A stretch of 64,000 nt of DNA from Shigella phage JK32, in sequence record MK962753.1; one strand, 5' to 3'. Below, one piece after another: positions 34,707 to 43,738 of this stretch. The stretch's first letter is position 1. Each line of letters opens with the position of its first letter. The notes below the pieces were generated by a model. That model was not told where the DNA came from and searched no databases. It worked only from the letters and a program-made list of their open reading frames with translations. Made by a program: the position numbers and the translations under genes.

Positions 34707-36950
34707 TTACAGTTTGCAAGATGAACATTCGCTAGCGTCTTCCGTACCATCAGCACCATCACGCACGTTAGCGTAATACAGTGTCTTGAGACCGTAATAT
34801 TGAGCAAACAACATATCATCTAATACATCAGCAATATCGACTTTACCAGTCTTATAAGTGCTTGGATCGTAGGATGTATTGGAACTAATCGCCTGATCTA
34901 CAAACTTCTGCATGATCGCTGCCAGTGTCAGATAAGGCTTGTTACCTTTCTTGATCAGTGTCCAAAGCAGGTCAATAACATCAGCATTATTCTCTACGTT
35001 CGGAATAACCTGATTAAATTGCCCTTCTTTCGATCCTTTAACCGATACAATCCCGCGAGGCGGTTCAATACCGTTTGTGCTGTTAGACACCTGAGAAGAC
35101 GACTCACAAGGCATCAGAGCCGAAAGCGTACTGTTACGAATGCCATATTTTTTCAGGTCTTCGCGCAGTTCTTCCCAATCCATCTCATACACCGGATCAA
35201 CCAGTTCATCTACTGTCTTTTTGTACCAGTCGATAGGCAGTTCACCGCGACCATAACGTGTTTCGTGCATCAGTTCGCAAGCACCCTTCTCTTTAGCCAG
35301 TTGCACACTAGCCTTAATCAGAGCATATTGCAAGCGTTCAAACGTTTTATGCGTAAACTCGTTAGCGTCTTCATATGTGAAGAAATTATCCGCCAGATAC
35401 GATGCAAAGTTAGTCACGCCAACACCCAGAGAGCGACGTTTTTTGGCTGTCAGAGCTTGTTCTACAGGATAATCCTGATAATCTAACAGGTTGTCAAGTG
35501 CACGCACCATAACCATAGCAATGCGTTCTACTTCTTCCATGTTTTCGATATCGAAATTACCTAAAACATATGCTGCCAAAGTACATAGGCTGATCTCTGA
35601 ATCATCACGCCCCATTGGTTTAGTAGGCAGTGCAATTTCGCAACACAGGTTAGATTGTTTAATCGGTGCTACATTGCGAATAAACGCCCCGTGATTGTTC
35701 ATGTTGTCTGTGAATGCTGGATAGATTCGACCAGTGTTAAAACGTTCAATCGCCACCGCTAAAAATAGGTCTTCGGCTTTAACACGAGTTTTACGAACAC
35801 TCGGATCTTTTTCCAGTTTTTCGTAAAGCTGGCGGAAACCTTCCTCATCTCGGAAGTACAGATCCCACAACAAGCCACCCGCAACATCTGGACTAAACAG
35901 AGTAATGTAATCCCGTTTAAGGAATCGCTCTACCATCAGGTTATTAATCTGTACGCCGTAATCAAGATGACGAATGCGGTTATCTTCTACCCCTTTGTTA
36001 TTCTTCAACACAATAAGACTTTCAAATTCTAAATGCCACATTGGGTAATAGAGAGTCGCTGCCCCGCCACGAATACCGCCTTGTGAGCATGACTTAACGG
36101 CAGTCTGAAAATGTTTCCAGAATGGGATAACGCCAGTATGACGAACTTCACCATGCCCGATCTTAGATCCTTCCGCGCGAATCATGCCAGCGTTGATACC
36201 GATACCAGCACGCTTGCTAATATACTTGATGATTGCATTTGCGGTTTCATTAATACCCTGCAATGAATCATCAGATTCGATCACCACACACGAACTAAAT
36301 TGTCGTGTTGGAGTACGCACACCCGCCATAATCGGAGTAGGCAGAGAGATTTGCTTATTCGCAACAGCATTATAAAAATCAATCACATGTTCAAGTCGAT
36401 TTTCTGTCTCTTCTTGATGTAAGCACATACCGATCAACATATACGCAAATTGCGGTGTTTCAATGATTTTCTTAGTGCTGCGATCCTGAACAAGATATTT
36501 CTCTTTTAACTGCATCGCACCCGCATAGGTCATTTTAAAATCAAGTTTATGGTCGATAAATTTCTCCAAATATTCCACTTCTTCACGGGAATACTTTTGC
36601 AGAATTTCACGATCATATTTTCCGGTTGCAATATTACGCTCAATATGGCTGTAAAAATCACTCGGTTGGAATTGACCGTATACTGATTTACGAAGCGCGA
36701 ACATTGCAAGGTTACTTGCTACATATTGATAATCAGGAGTTTCTACAGTGATGTTATCTGCGGCGACCTTAATCAATACTTTCTGGATATCATTGGTAGA
36801 CATACCTTCTGTCAGAAGTGGTTCAACCATATCAAACAATTCATATGGATCAACGTTATGACCTTCGGCTGCCGCTTCCAAAATTTTCATTACTTTTTCT
36901 TTTTCAAACGGAACAGTCAGACCGGAAGACTTAACAACATTTTTAATCAT
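34707..36950 (-). CDS. nrdA: ribonucleotide reductase large subunit
   Basis: 747 aa; N-terminal ATP-cone and catalytic Cys-containing blocks (NLCCEI, PCESS) typical of class Ia R1. Confidence 0.9.
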   Translation of the reverse strand: MIKNVVKSSGLTVPFEKEKVMKILEAAAEGHNVDPYELFDMVEPLLTEGMSTNDIQKVLIKVAADNITVETPDYQYVASNLAMFALRKSVYGQFQPSDFYSHIERNIATGKYDREILQKYSREEVEYLEKFIDHKLDFKMTYAGAMQLKEKYLVQDRSTKKIIETPQFAYMLIGMCLHQEETENRLEHVIDFYNAVANKQISLPTPIMAGVRTPTRQFSSCVVIESDDSLQGINETANAIIKYISKRAGIGINAGMIRAEGSKIGHGEVRHTGVIPFWKHFQTAVKSCSQGGIRGGAATLYYPMWHLEFESLIVLKNNKGVEDNRIRHLDYGVQINNLMVERFLKRDYITLFSPDVAGGLLWDLYFRDEEGFRQLYEKLEKDPSVRKTRVKAEDLFLAVAIERFNTGRIYPAFTDNMNNHGAFIRNVAPIKQSNLCCEIALPTKPMGRDDSEISLCTLAAYVLGNFDIENMEEVERIAMVMVRALDNLLDYQDYPVEQALTAKKRRSLGVGVTNFASYLADNFFTYEDANEFTHKTFERLQYALIKASVQLAKEKGACELMHETRYGRGELPIDWYKKTVDELVDPVYEMDWEELREDLKKYGIRNSTLSALMPCESSSQVSNSTNGIEPPRGIVSVKGSKEGQFNQVIPNVENNADVIDLLWTLIKKGNKPYLTLAAIMQKFVDQAISSNTSYDPSTYKTGKVDIADVLDDMLFAQYYGLKTLYYANVRDGADGTEDASECSSCKL

Positions 36951-37018
36951 ATTACCTCACTTCATATTTTAGCAGGAACAAGTTTATCCTCCATATTGGG
37001 GGCTTTCGCCCCCTTTGT

Positions 37019-38239
37019 TTATACTGCCATTTGAGCGGTGATCGCTGGATGGCTTTGATAGTTGTGAATTTTAAAGTCTTTCGGAGTCTTTGTCAATACC
37101 TCATCTAAAGACTTAAATTCCGGCAACTCAATTGTTGGTTTATCAAACGGAACACGGTTTAATTGTTCCATAACTTGATCAAAGTGGTTTTTGTAAATGT
37201 GAGTATCTCCACCAGAGAAAATCAGTTCTCCTACCTCAAGATCACACATTTTCGCTATGATGTGGGTTAAAAGTGCATAGCTGGCAACATTAAAGGGCAA
37301 GCCCAAAAAGCTGTCTACGCTTCTCTGAAACCACATACAAGACAGTTTACCTTCATTGACGTAGAATTGCACGAAAGGATGACATACACCTAACACAGCA
37401 TTATGTGTTCCTTGTACGTTCCATGAGTCAATAATGATCCGGCGATCCGTTGGATTGTTTTTAATTTGTTCAATCACGTTTTGTAACTGGTCTTCCCAAA
37501 TCTTCGGTCGATAGATATATTCTTCATCGTCTTTAGGGCTTGATGTGTCTACGTCCATATTAACAAAGATCGTGGTATCCGGTGCGAACATATCCCCACC
37601 CAGATAATCACTATCAAGCAGATAACCGAAATAACCATCATCTACCCATTCCTGGAATCCCCACAAGCAATATGCATCATTAACAAAATTAGATTGAGTC
37701 TTCCAGTGGTCTGCTACCAGAATATAATCAAACTCTTCATAACGCATACCACGCCAGATAGCACATAAACGGTCTTCTGTGTCATTGGTTGGCGTAAAGT
37801 CTTCTACCCACGGGTGCTTAAATGTATGTGTATATTTGCTCTTAACGCGCTTAATTTTGATTTCACCGTGTGGATGAATCGGTTTGCGTCGCCAAGCCAT
37901 ACCATACATATTGCCGACATTATAACCATTGAATCGCAAAGGATTCTTTTCTTTCATATCAAGACAGTTGCCGCGCCAAATGTCGAAGGCTTCTTCGTCA
38001 AACTTACCGCGTGTAATTTCCTGTAAGCGACGGCGGTCAAGTGATCCCTCCATAAACCATAGCAACTCGCCAATTACAGAGGCTGTAGCCATCTTTTTAG
38101 TGGTCAGTAAGGGGAAACCCTTGCTTAAATCGATTCGCATCTCTGCGCCGAATTTAGAGAGCGTACCTACCCCCGTGCGGTCTTCACGAGGCCAGCCATT
38201 ATCAAGAACATCACGCAACAGTTTCAAATATTCTTTCAT
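37019..38239 (-). CDS. td: thymidylate synthase with ~120-aa internal insertion
   Basis: N-terminal RTGTGT and C-terminal catalytic blocks conserved; 406 aa versus 286 aa in T4; insertion after the YG-x-WR block. Confidence 0.85.
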   Translation of the reverse strand: MKEYLKLLRDVLDNGWPREDRTGVGTLSKFGAEMRIDLSKGFPLLTTKKMATASVIGELLWFMEGSLDRRRLQEITRGKFDEEAFDIWRGNCLDMKEKNPLRFNGYNVGNMYGMAWRRKPIHPHGEIKIKRVKSKYTHTFKHPWVEDFTPTNDTEDRLCAIWRGMRYEEFDYILVADHWKTQSNFVNDAYCLWGFQEWVDDGYFGYLLDSDYLGGDMFAPDTTIFVNMDVDTSSPKDDEEYIYRPKIWEDQLQNVIEQIKNNPTDRRIIIDSWNVQGTHNAVLGVCHPFVQFYVNEGKLSCMWFQRSVDSFLGLPFNVASYALLTHIIAKMCDLEVGELIFSGGDTHIYKNHFDQVMEQLNRVPFDKPTIELPEFKSLDEVLTKTPKDFKIHNYQSHPAITAQMAV

Positions 38240-38480
38240 CCCACTTCACCTTTTTCTTATTGATTGCTTTCTTACGCAGTTTTGCTACTGTCTCGTCAAT
38301 ATCGATAAAGACAACGCCCGGATCGAATACAGTAACAGGTCTTGAAATGTCGCTATTTTCCTGTACTGGAAGCCATGACGCTTTAGCTTCATCATAGAGA
38401 TATTGTAAACCGTAATAATCTACGGCTACTGCGTAGTTTTCACTGGTAGCTGACCATAATTGAATAATGGTTATTTTCAT
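38211..38480 (-). CDS. hypothetical small protein (89 aa)
   Basis: First ATG at 38480 (track start is GTG); overlaps td start. Confidence 0.45.
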   Translation of the reverse strand: MKITIIQLWSATSENYAVAVDYYGLQYLYDEAKASWLPVQENSDISRPVTVFDPGVVFIDIDETVAKLRKKAINKKKVKWDERIFETVA

Positions 38481-38572
38481 TATTGTTCCCGTCCGCAATG
38501 TAAACACCGACTACCAGCAAACATCAAAGATTCACCACAATGTTTGCACTCATAATCTGTCAGAATTTTCAT
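38480..38572 (-). CDS. putative 30-aa zinc-ribbon micro-protein
   Basis: Hand-translated MKILTDYECKHCGESLMFAGSRCLHCGREQ; SD AAGGTG 5 nt upstream; TAATG coupling to next gene. Confidence 0.3.
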   Translation of the reverse strand: MKILTDYECKHCGESLMFAGSRCLHCGREQ

Positions 38573-38573
38573 G

Positions 38574-39143
38574 TTACACCTTCTTACGTTCTAAAATTTG
38601 TTCGCTGATCAGGTAATCATCAAGGAAGTAATTATGTTCTTCTTTTGTTGCAAAGTCAAAATATAATTCCTGAATCATTTCCTTAGAGATACCAACATCA
38701 TATTCAAATGGATCGTTGATTCCTGAACGTTGAACATACGTTAACACAATACGATCCGCAAAGTCAACCGCTTTTTCAATCAGGGAAGGTCCACCGATAA
38801 CACTTACCAAACCTTGCGTTTTCTCTAGGGCTTTTAACAGATCCTTCAATTCAATTCCAGTGTACACATCAGGTTGGTCGCCGTTTTTGGCTTTAGGTGT
38901 CGGTTTGCTGGCATCGGTACTAATAACCACATTAAGACGACCTTCCAGTGCTTTAGGCAGACTTTCAAAGGTATTACGTCCCATTACTACCGCCGCAAGA
39001 TCAACATCTCCCATAGTGCGCATTTTAAAGTTTTCCATGTCCTTTTTGATTGGACGACCCCACGGTAAACCGCCTTTAAAACCAAAAGCCCAGTTTTCAT
39101 CTGACATTTTAGTGTCACCAATCGCAAATACACATTGAATCAT
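38574..39143 (-). CDS. frd: dihydrofolate reductase
   Basis: 189 aa; DHFR-like GLPWGRP motif; adjacent to td as in T4. Confidence 0.85.
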   Translation of the reverse strand: MIQCVFAIGDTKMSDENWAFGFKGGLPWGRPIKKDMENFKMRTMGDVDLAAVVMGRNTFESLPKALEGRLNVVISTDASKPTPKAKNGDQPDVYTGIELKDLLKALEKTQGLVSVIGGPSLIEKAVDFADRIVLTYVQRSGINDPFEYDVGISKEMIQELYFDFATKEEHNYFLDDYLISEQILERKKV

Positions 39144-39158
39144 AATATAAATCTCCCA

Positions 39159-39488
39159 TCAAATCAGTTTGAAATAGTTTTCGTTTACATTTTCTTCTGT
39201 GATTGCTGTCTTAAATTCTTGACCGTTATCCGGTGTGATGAAATAACGGTCAGAATAATCACGAAAACGTTTTAAGTGAGATACCCCAACATTAACACCA
39301 TTTTCCCAGAAACGAAAGGTAATCATTTTTGGTTCATATCGATAGTCGCTGGTTAACACAGTACCATCCCCGCGACGGGCTTCATAAACCGTAATACATT
39401 CACGATTGGCGGCTTTTAGGCATTCTTCAATAGTGCCACATGAGATAATACTTACTTTTTCATCTACGATTTGTTCTACAGTCCACAT
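39159..39488 (-). CDS. hypothetical protein (109 aa)
   Basis: ATG at 39488 with SD AGAGAGGA. Confidence 0.55.
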   Translation of the reverse strand: MWTVEQIVDEKVSIISCGTIEECLKAANRECITVYEARRGDGTVLTSDYRYEPKMITFRFWENGVNVGVSHLKRFRDYSDRYFITPDNGQEFKTAITEENVNENYFKLI

Positions 39489-39519
39489 AATATAATCCTC
39501 TCTTTGTTTCGATATGTAC

Positions 39520-39548
39520 ATTATACACTATTGCGTTACGCTGTCAAC
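39520..39548 (-). promoter_or_regulatory. early promoter
   Basis: TTGACA, 17 nt, TATAAT. Confidence 0.6.
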
Positions 39549-40774
39549 TCTTTTTCAAAAGTTTTTACGATATACATGATAGTGCTCAATTCTGACGGCG
39601 CTACTGTTTCTGTGTAGCCATCCGGCATATCTTCTTTTGAGATATAGGAAGTTTTACCTTTCATCGCTTCCTTGATCTTGTTCTCTAATTCTAAGATCTT
39701 TTGACCATCTTGTAAAGTCAATTCATAAAAGATCTCGTGATCGAATTTAGATTTTGCTGATTGGTTTCTCATACGTTCTCTTGTTGTCAAATTGGTTATT
39801 CCAAATTTAACACCTTCAAAAACGTCTCGTCTTAACAATTTTTGAATATATAATGTTCCTTGTTTTAAACGTTTGTAACCAGATTTCGTACACGAAGGAC
39901 ATCTCTTATGCGTTCTTGTTATGCTATGTATAGTTGGTGTCCAGACGCTACCACATCCACATAACATTGATATTCTTGTTGATGACCCGTTATACTCATC
40001 GATAATTCCATTATATTTGATGTTTTCGGATTTACATATAGAGTATATTATTTTTTCATAGTGCTCTAATGGTTTAATTCTAAGACTTGAATTATTTTTA
40101 TATGCACATATTCTGCAATTATAACCTCTAAGAAAACTAGTTACATCAGTTGTATATGCGTGACCTCCGGTGCATTGTATAGTAAGTTTGGTATCATGTG
40201 TGATATCGTTATCAAGTAAAGTTATTATTTTGTAATTAATTGCTGAACATCTTTTCAAGATTTCTGATTTGTAATACGTTGATTTTTTATTCGTCTCTTG
40301 TATATTTTTTGTGTGACATTGTGGACATCTAGTTCCTTTCTTGGTGAAATGTGTTACTGTTGGTGTATATATGTGTCCATCTAAACATTCAATCATTATT
40401 TTTGTTTTTAATTTATTCGAAGTCCATTCACCAACAACGCCACGATATTTCAACTTTTCGGATTTACATATTTCTATAATTTGTTTCTCTTGTTGTTCTT
40501 TTGTTATATATTCTCGCTTCTTGCTTTTTTGTTTTGCACATTTTGGGCATCTACTGCCTTGTTTTATACTAGATACGATAGGTTCCCAATAATGACCGCA
40601 CTTACAAAGTAAGGCCGTGCGAGTTCTATTCCCGATACATTCACCAATAAACCCCAAAAAGTTTATATCATCGGAAGAACACACATCGTGCATAAATTTT
40701 TCATGTTCTAACATCTTTTTAATTTTGCTGGTGGATAGCATATTGACTATATCTTTAACGAAATATGTTTTCAT
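39536..40774 (-). CDS. zinc-ribbon repeat protein with GIY-YIG/T5orf172-like C-terminus (putative homing-endonuclease-like accessory gene)
   Basis: ATG at 40774 with SD GGAGGA; four ~60-aa repeats C-x-C-G-H ... CPxC; C-terminal KFGITN ... R ... PDGYTET; paralog of 4159..5244. Confidence 0.7.
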   Translation of the reverse strand: MKTYFVKDIVNMLSTSKIKKMLEHEKFMHDVCSSDDINFLGFIGECIGNRTRTALLCKCGHYWEPIVSSIKQGSRCPKCAKQKSKKREYITKEQQEKQIIEICKSEKLKYRGVVGEWTSNKLKTKIMIECLDGHIYTPTVTHFTKKGTRCPQCHTKNIQETNKKSTYYKSEILKRCSAINYKIITLLDNDITHDTKLTIQCTGGHAYTTDVTSFLRGYNCRICAYKNNSSLRIKPLEHYEKIIYSICKSENIKYNGIIDEYNGSSTRISMLCGCGSVWTPTIHSITRTHKRCPSCTKSGYKRLKQGTLYIQKLLRRDVFEGVKFGITNLTTRERMRNQSAKSKFDHEIFYELTLQDGQKILELENKIKEAMKGKTSYISKEDMPDGYTETVAPSELSTIMYIVKTFEKELTA

Positions 40775-40802
40775 TTTTATCCTCCGTTGTTTCGATGAGT
40801 GC

Positions 40803-40830
40803 ATTATACATTATCTCGGATCGGTGTCAA
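40803..40830 (-). promoter_or_regulatory. early promoter
   Basis: TTGACA, 16 nt, TATAAT. Confidence 0.6.
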
Positions 40831-40855
40831 TACCTTTTCATAAAATTTTAGGCAA

Positions 40856-40881
40856 TAAAAAGCCTTCCCGAAGGAAGGCTT
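40856..40881 (-). terminator. rho-independent terminator after gene 32
   Basis: AAGCCTTCCTTCGGGAAGGCTT hairpin then T-run on minus. Confidence 0.65.
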
Positions 40882-40900
40882 AAAATTACTTATAAATCAA

Positions 40901-41848
40901 TCACATAGCCAACAAGCTATCAAGGTCATCCAGATCAGAAGCGGAGGAACTACCGCCACCCAGATCCAGAGATGTCATCAGATCATCAGCGGAAGAACTC
41001 GACGCGGTGCTCATTGCGCTAGTTCCTGCATCGAATGCATTCATCTGAGCATCAAAATCATCAAGCTGGCTGTTAATCGCTGCCGCAGCACCAGAAGCCG
41101 AAGCACCAGCTACCAGACTTACACCTTTAACTTTCTTAAATTTAGCATCCAGTTCCTCGAAAGATTTAAACTGGTCTTTTGCTACGATAACATCAATATC
41201 TACCATGTTTTCGAACAGATATTTCTGGAATGCTTCATCTTCGATGTTCGGAATCGCTGATTGCTGCATGAAACGTGAATCATCGTAGTTCAGGAATTTA
41301 TCTACTTTCTTAGCTTTCAGAAGGAAGTTAGCGCCTTCGAACGGACATACGATGTTTACAGGTTTTTCGCCCAATTCCGTGTTTACGTTGCTCATTGCCA
41401 GAATCTTGTCATAAATTTTCTTACCGAAGCGGAATTTAAATACTTTACCTTCGTTTTCCGGCGCTTTCGGATCTTTCATGACCAGAATGTTTGCGAAGTA
41501 AGAAGATTTACGCTTAACATCTTGATATTCTTTATTGTTGGTGTTGTACAGGTCATTTTCGCTAATGTATTTGCACACAGGGCAAGAATCAAAATCACCG
41601 TGGGTGCTAGGGCAGTTTTCCCAATAATACTTACCATTTACTTTGAAAGAATGGTTTACAAGGTTGATGATCGGTAAACCGTCTTCGGTGCGTGCTGGAA
41701 GAAAACGAATCACCGCTTCACCGTTACCCGCCGCGTCAGTTTTAATCTTCCACTCTTTCGGATCTTCTTTGGAGAAACCGTTGCTACCTTTCAGTGCTGC
41801 CAGTTGAGCTTGCAGTTTGGAAGAATCTTGACGACGAAAAATGTTCAT
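40901..41848 (-). CDS. 32: single-stranded DNA-binding protein gp32
   Basis: Matches remembered T4 gp32 (GNG-AVIRFLP, acidic Ser/Asp-rich C-terminus); ATG at 41848 with SD AAGAGGT. Confidence 0.9.
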   Translation of the reverse strand: MNIFRRQDSSKLQAQLAALKGSNGFSKEDPKEWKIKTDAAGNGEAVIRFLPARTEDGLPIINLVNHSFKVNGKYYWENCPSTHGDFDSCPVCKYISENDLYNTNNKEYQDVKRKSSYFANILVMKDPKAPENEGKVFKFRFGKKIYDKILAMSNVNTELGEKPVNIVCPFEGANFLLKAKKVDKFLNYDDSRFMQQSAIPNIEDEAFQKYLFENMVDIDVIVAKDQFKSFEELDAKFKKVKGVSLVAGASASGAAAAINSQLDDFDAQMNAFDAGTSAMSTASSSSADDLMTSLDLGGGSSSASDLDDLDSLLAM

Positions 41849-41890
41849 AATTATACCTCTTTTATACATTAACTATTAATTTGCTAGACT

Positions 41891-41918
41891 ATTATACAGA
41901 TTTAAATTTACTTGTCAA
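41891..41918 (-). promoter_or_regulatory. sigma70-type promoter upstream of gene 32
   Basis: TTGACA, 16 nt, TATAAT. Confidence 0.55.
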
Positions 41919-42595
41919 CTATTTGTTTCGGCTTTTAATTGAGATATTTCTTTACACTCTTTAACTACTTTAACAAATAATGCTCTTGCTTTTGCGGCGT
42001 CAATAACAAGTAGTTTCTTGTACGCCTTCATTTTAACACTATAAGTTTGCCAAATCAAGTCTTTGGCTACCTTGTCGTGTTCGTCGATTATATTTAGAAA
42101 GCTATCTAACAACATAAACGACTCAAACGATATAATCCGATTTTGCAGTAGTTTAAAGATACCGCTAGTTTCGGTTGCGGGATTGTATGTAATTAGCTCT
42201 TTAAGAGTAACCCCGCGTTTCTCGGAGAAGTATACCAGACTTTTAATGTCATCGTCAAATCTTGTTGCTGCATCGGTTATCTTTCCTATGTATTCCATAT
42301 AAAAGCCGTATGCGTCAACATCAGTGATTTCACCTACCCATGCATCGGTATTGGCTACCAGATTGCTTAGGAATAGAAAGTATAATTCTCTTAGATTGTA
42401 CTTTTCCGCTAATTTTGCGAAATAATACTTATCTCTGCGTTTATTGAATGCGGCATCAGACAACCGCATCCTCCAATTGTATTTTACGCAATCATAACGC
42501 CCGTTCATATGAGCTTTCATCATGCAATATAACATATACACAGATTTAGCATTAATTCGCATATCTGGATCTGGAGGAAGACGGTTTCTGATCAT
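41915..42595 (-). CDS. 59: helicase loader gp59
   Basis: Strong match to remembered T4 gp59 (KSVYMLY..HMNG..KYNW..RRDKYYF). Confidence 0.9.
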   Translation of the reverse strand: MIRNRLPPDPDMRINAKSVYMLYCMMKAHMNGRYDCVKYNWRMRLSDAAFNKRRDKYYFAKLAEKYNLRELYFLFLSNLVANTDAWVGEITDVDAYGFYMEYIGKITDAATRFDDDIKSLVYFSEKRGVTLKELITYNPATETSGIFKLLQNRIISFESFMLLDSFLNIIDEHDKVAKDLIWQTYSVKMKAYKKLLVIDAAKARALFVKVVKECKEISQLKAETNS

Positions 42596-42604
42596 ACATA
42601 CCCC

Positions 42605-42874
42605 TTAAATATCGAGAGTGTTGGTCGGTTCGTCGATCACTCCCTTCCTGAGCGTTCTATTTACTATACATTCTTGTGTGATCTTGTCAATAATGGACAC
42701 CGGAATATACTTCTGATAGTGACCATATTCGATAGAGTTTTCCTCTACAAACTGAGTTGTCGCTTCAAGATAAGTCAATCCCTCTTCAACAACCAGTTTT
42801 TCGATTGCAAGACCGTTTGCTGTTTTGTTCGCGGCTTTTACCGCATGTTCATTAAGCATTGAACACCCGATCAT
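42605..42874 (-). CDS. 33: late transcription accessory protein gp33
   Basis: Resembles T4 gp33 core (LEATTQFVEENSI, C-terminal TNTLD); start ambiguous (42874 or 42859). Confidence 0.65.
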   Translation of the reverse strand: MIGCSMLNEHAVKAANKTANGLAIEKLVVEEGLTYLEATTQFVEENSIEYGHYQKYIPVSIIDKITQECIVNRTLRKGVIDEPTNTLDI

Positions 42875-43127
42875 AGAGTTCTACTGCTTCGTCGCGTTCT
42901 GCTTCGAAGGTTTCGCGCTGTTGTTGGTGATACAGTTTAAACAGAATGCCCCACATTTTACCGTCTACGCCTAATTCTTCTTTAGCACGCTGCTTGATCT
43001 CTTTGATCTTATCGCCGTATGCTTCTTGAATGGTTTTCTGATCGCTGGCTTCTTTAATCAGTTGTGCCAGGGTATTTCCGTGCACTGCTTCATCAAATAC
43101 TACTTTTTCTTTTTTCTGTTCAGTCAT
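42852..43127 (-). CDS. dsbA: double-stranded DNA-binding protein DsbA
   Basis: 91 aa, size and position as T4 dsbA; SD AAGAGGG. Confidence 0.75.
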   Translation of the reverse strand: MTEQKKEKVVFDEAVHGNTLAQLIKEASDQKTIQEAYGDKIKEIKQRAKEELGVDGKMWGILFKLYHQQQRETFEAERDEAVELYDRVFNA

Positions 43128-43131
43128 AATA

Positions 43132-43728
43132 TTAACCCTCTTTAATCATTAATTGAAAACCACGTTCAGCTTTTGAGATTTCGCTAGGACTTAAATCATC
43201 GCTGACATATTCTAGCATCATTTCTCTGATAATGTCAAGTGCTTTTTCATCACCTGATTTTAACTCGAACTCAAGTTCATAGTGGGCATCGCCCATTCCT
43301 TCGTCTAAACGTCGATAATAGAAAGTGTCTTTGCACATTTCCACTATACCACAACCCATATCTAGAGTCAATGACTTGCGATGTGTCATTATCTGCATTA
43401 GAGGAATGACATGTTCTGAGTTCACCCCTAGACTATCAACAAAATGGGCGAACTCATCCCATTTTGAAAACGTCACTTCCTCACGGTTGAACAGTCCAGA
43501 TTCACTATCTCCAATTTTGACCATGACTAATGTTCTGTAAACGTCAAGTCGTGCATAAATTCCTTTTCGACGTAGTGCATGGTCTTCGGTGTCATAATAA
43601 AACTCGTGTTTTAATATGTTATCTCTGTCTACGAGATTGTACCCGTCATACATTGCTACCCACACATCATGGATTGTTTCTACACCTTCCTGTGAGTGTG
43701 CATAGTATTTTAATTCAAGTTCTTTCAT
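43132..43728 (-). CDS. CYTH-like (triphosphate tunnel metalloenzyme-like) protein
   Basis: 198 aa; N-terminal ELELKYY (ExExK-type) and further acidic beta-strand motifs (YELEFEL). Confidence 0.5.
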   Translation of the reverse strand: MKELELKYYAHSQEGVETIHDVWVAMYDGYNLVDRDNILKHEFYYDTEDHALRRKGIYARLDVYRTLVMVKIGDSESGLFNREEVTFSKWDEFAHFVDSLGVNSEHVIPLMQIMTHRKSLTLDMGCGIVEMCKDTFYYRRLDEGMGDAHYELEFELKSGDEKALDIIREMMLEYVSDDLSPSEISKAERGFQLMIKEG

Positions 43729-43738
43729 GTGTCAACCC

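Noticed and set aside
37001-37018. Hairpin GGGGGCTTTCGCCCCC between td and nrdA as a terminator
   Set aside because: Its U-run is on the plus strand where no gene is transcribed, while on the minus strand it lies in the nrdA leader without a U-run; function unclear, so not called.
37500-37880. Intein or group I intron as the explanation for the long td gene
   Set aside because: The reading frame is continuous (no intron), and the insert lacks the N-terminal Cys/Ser and C-terminal His-Asn plus nucleophile junctions of inteins.
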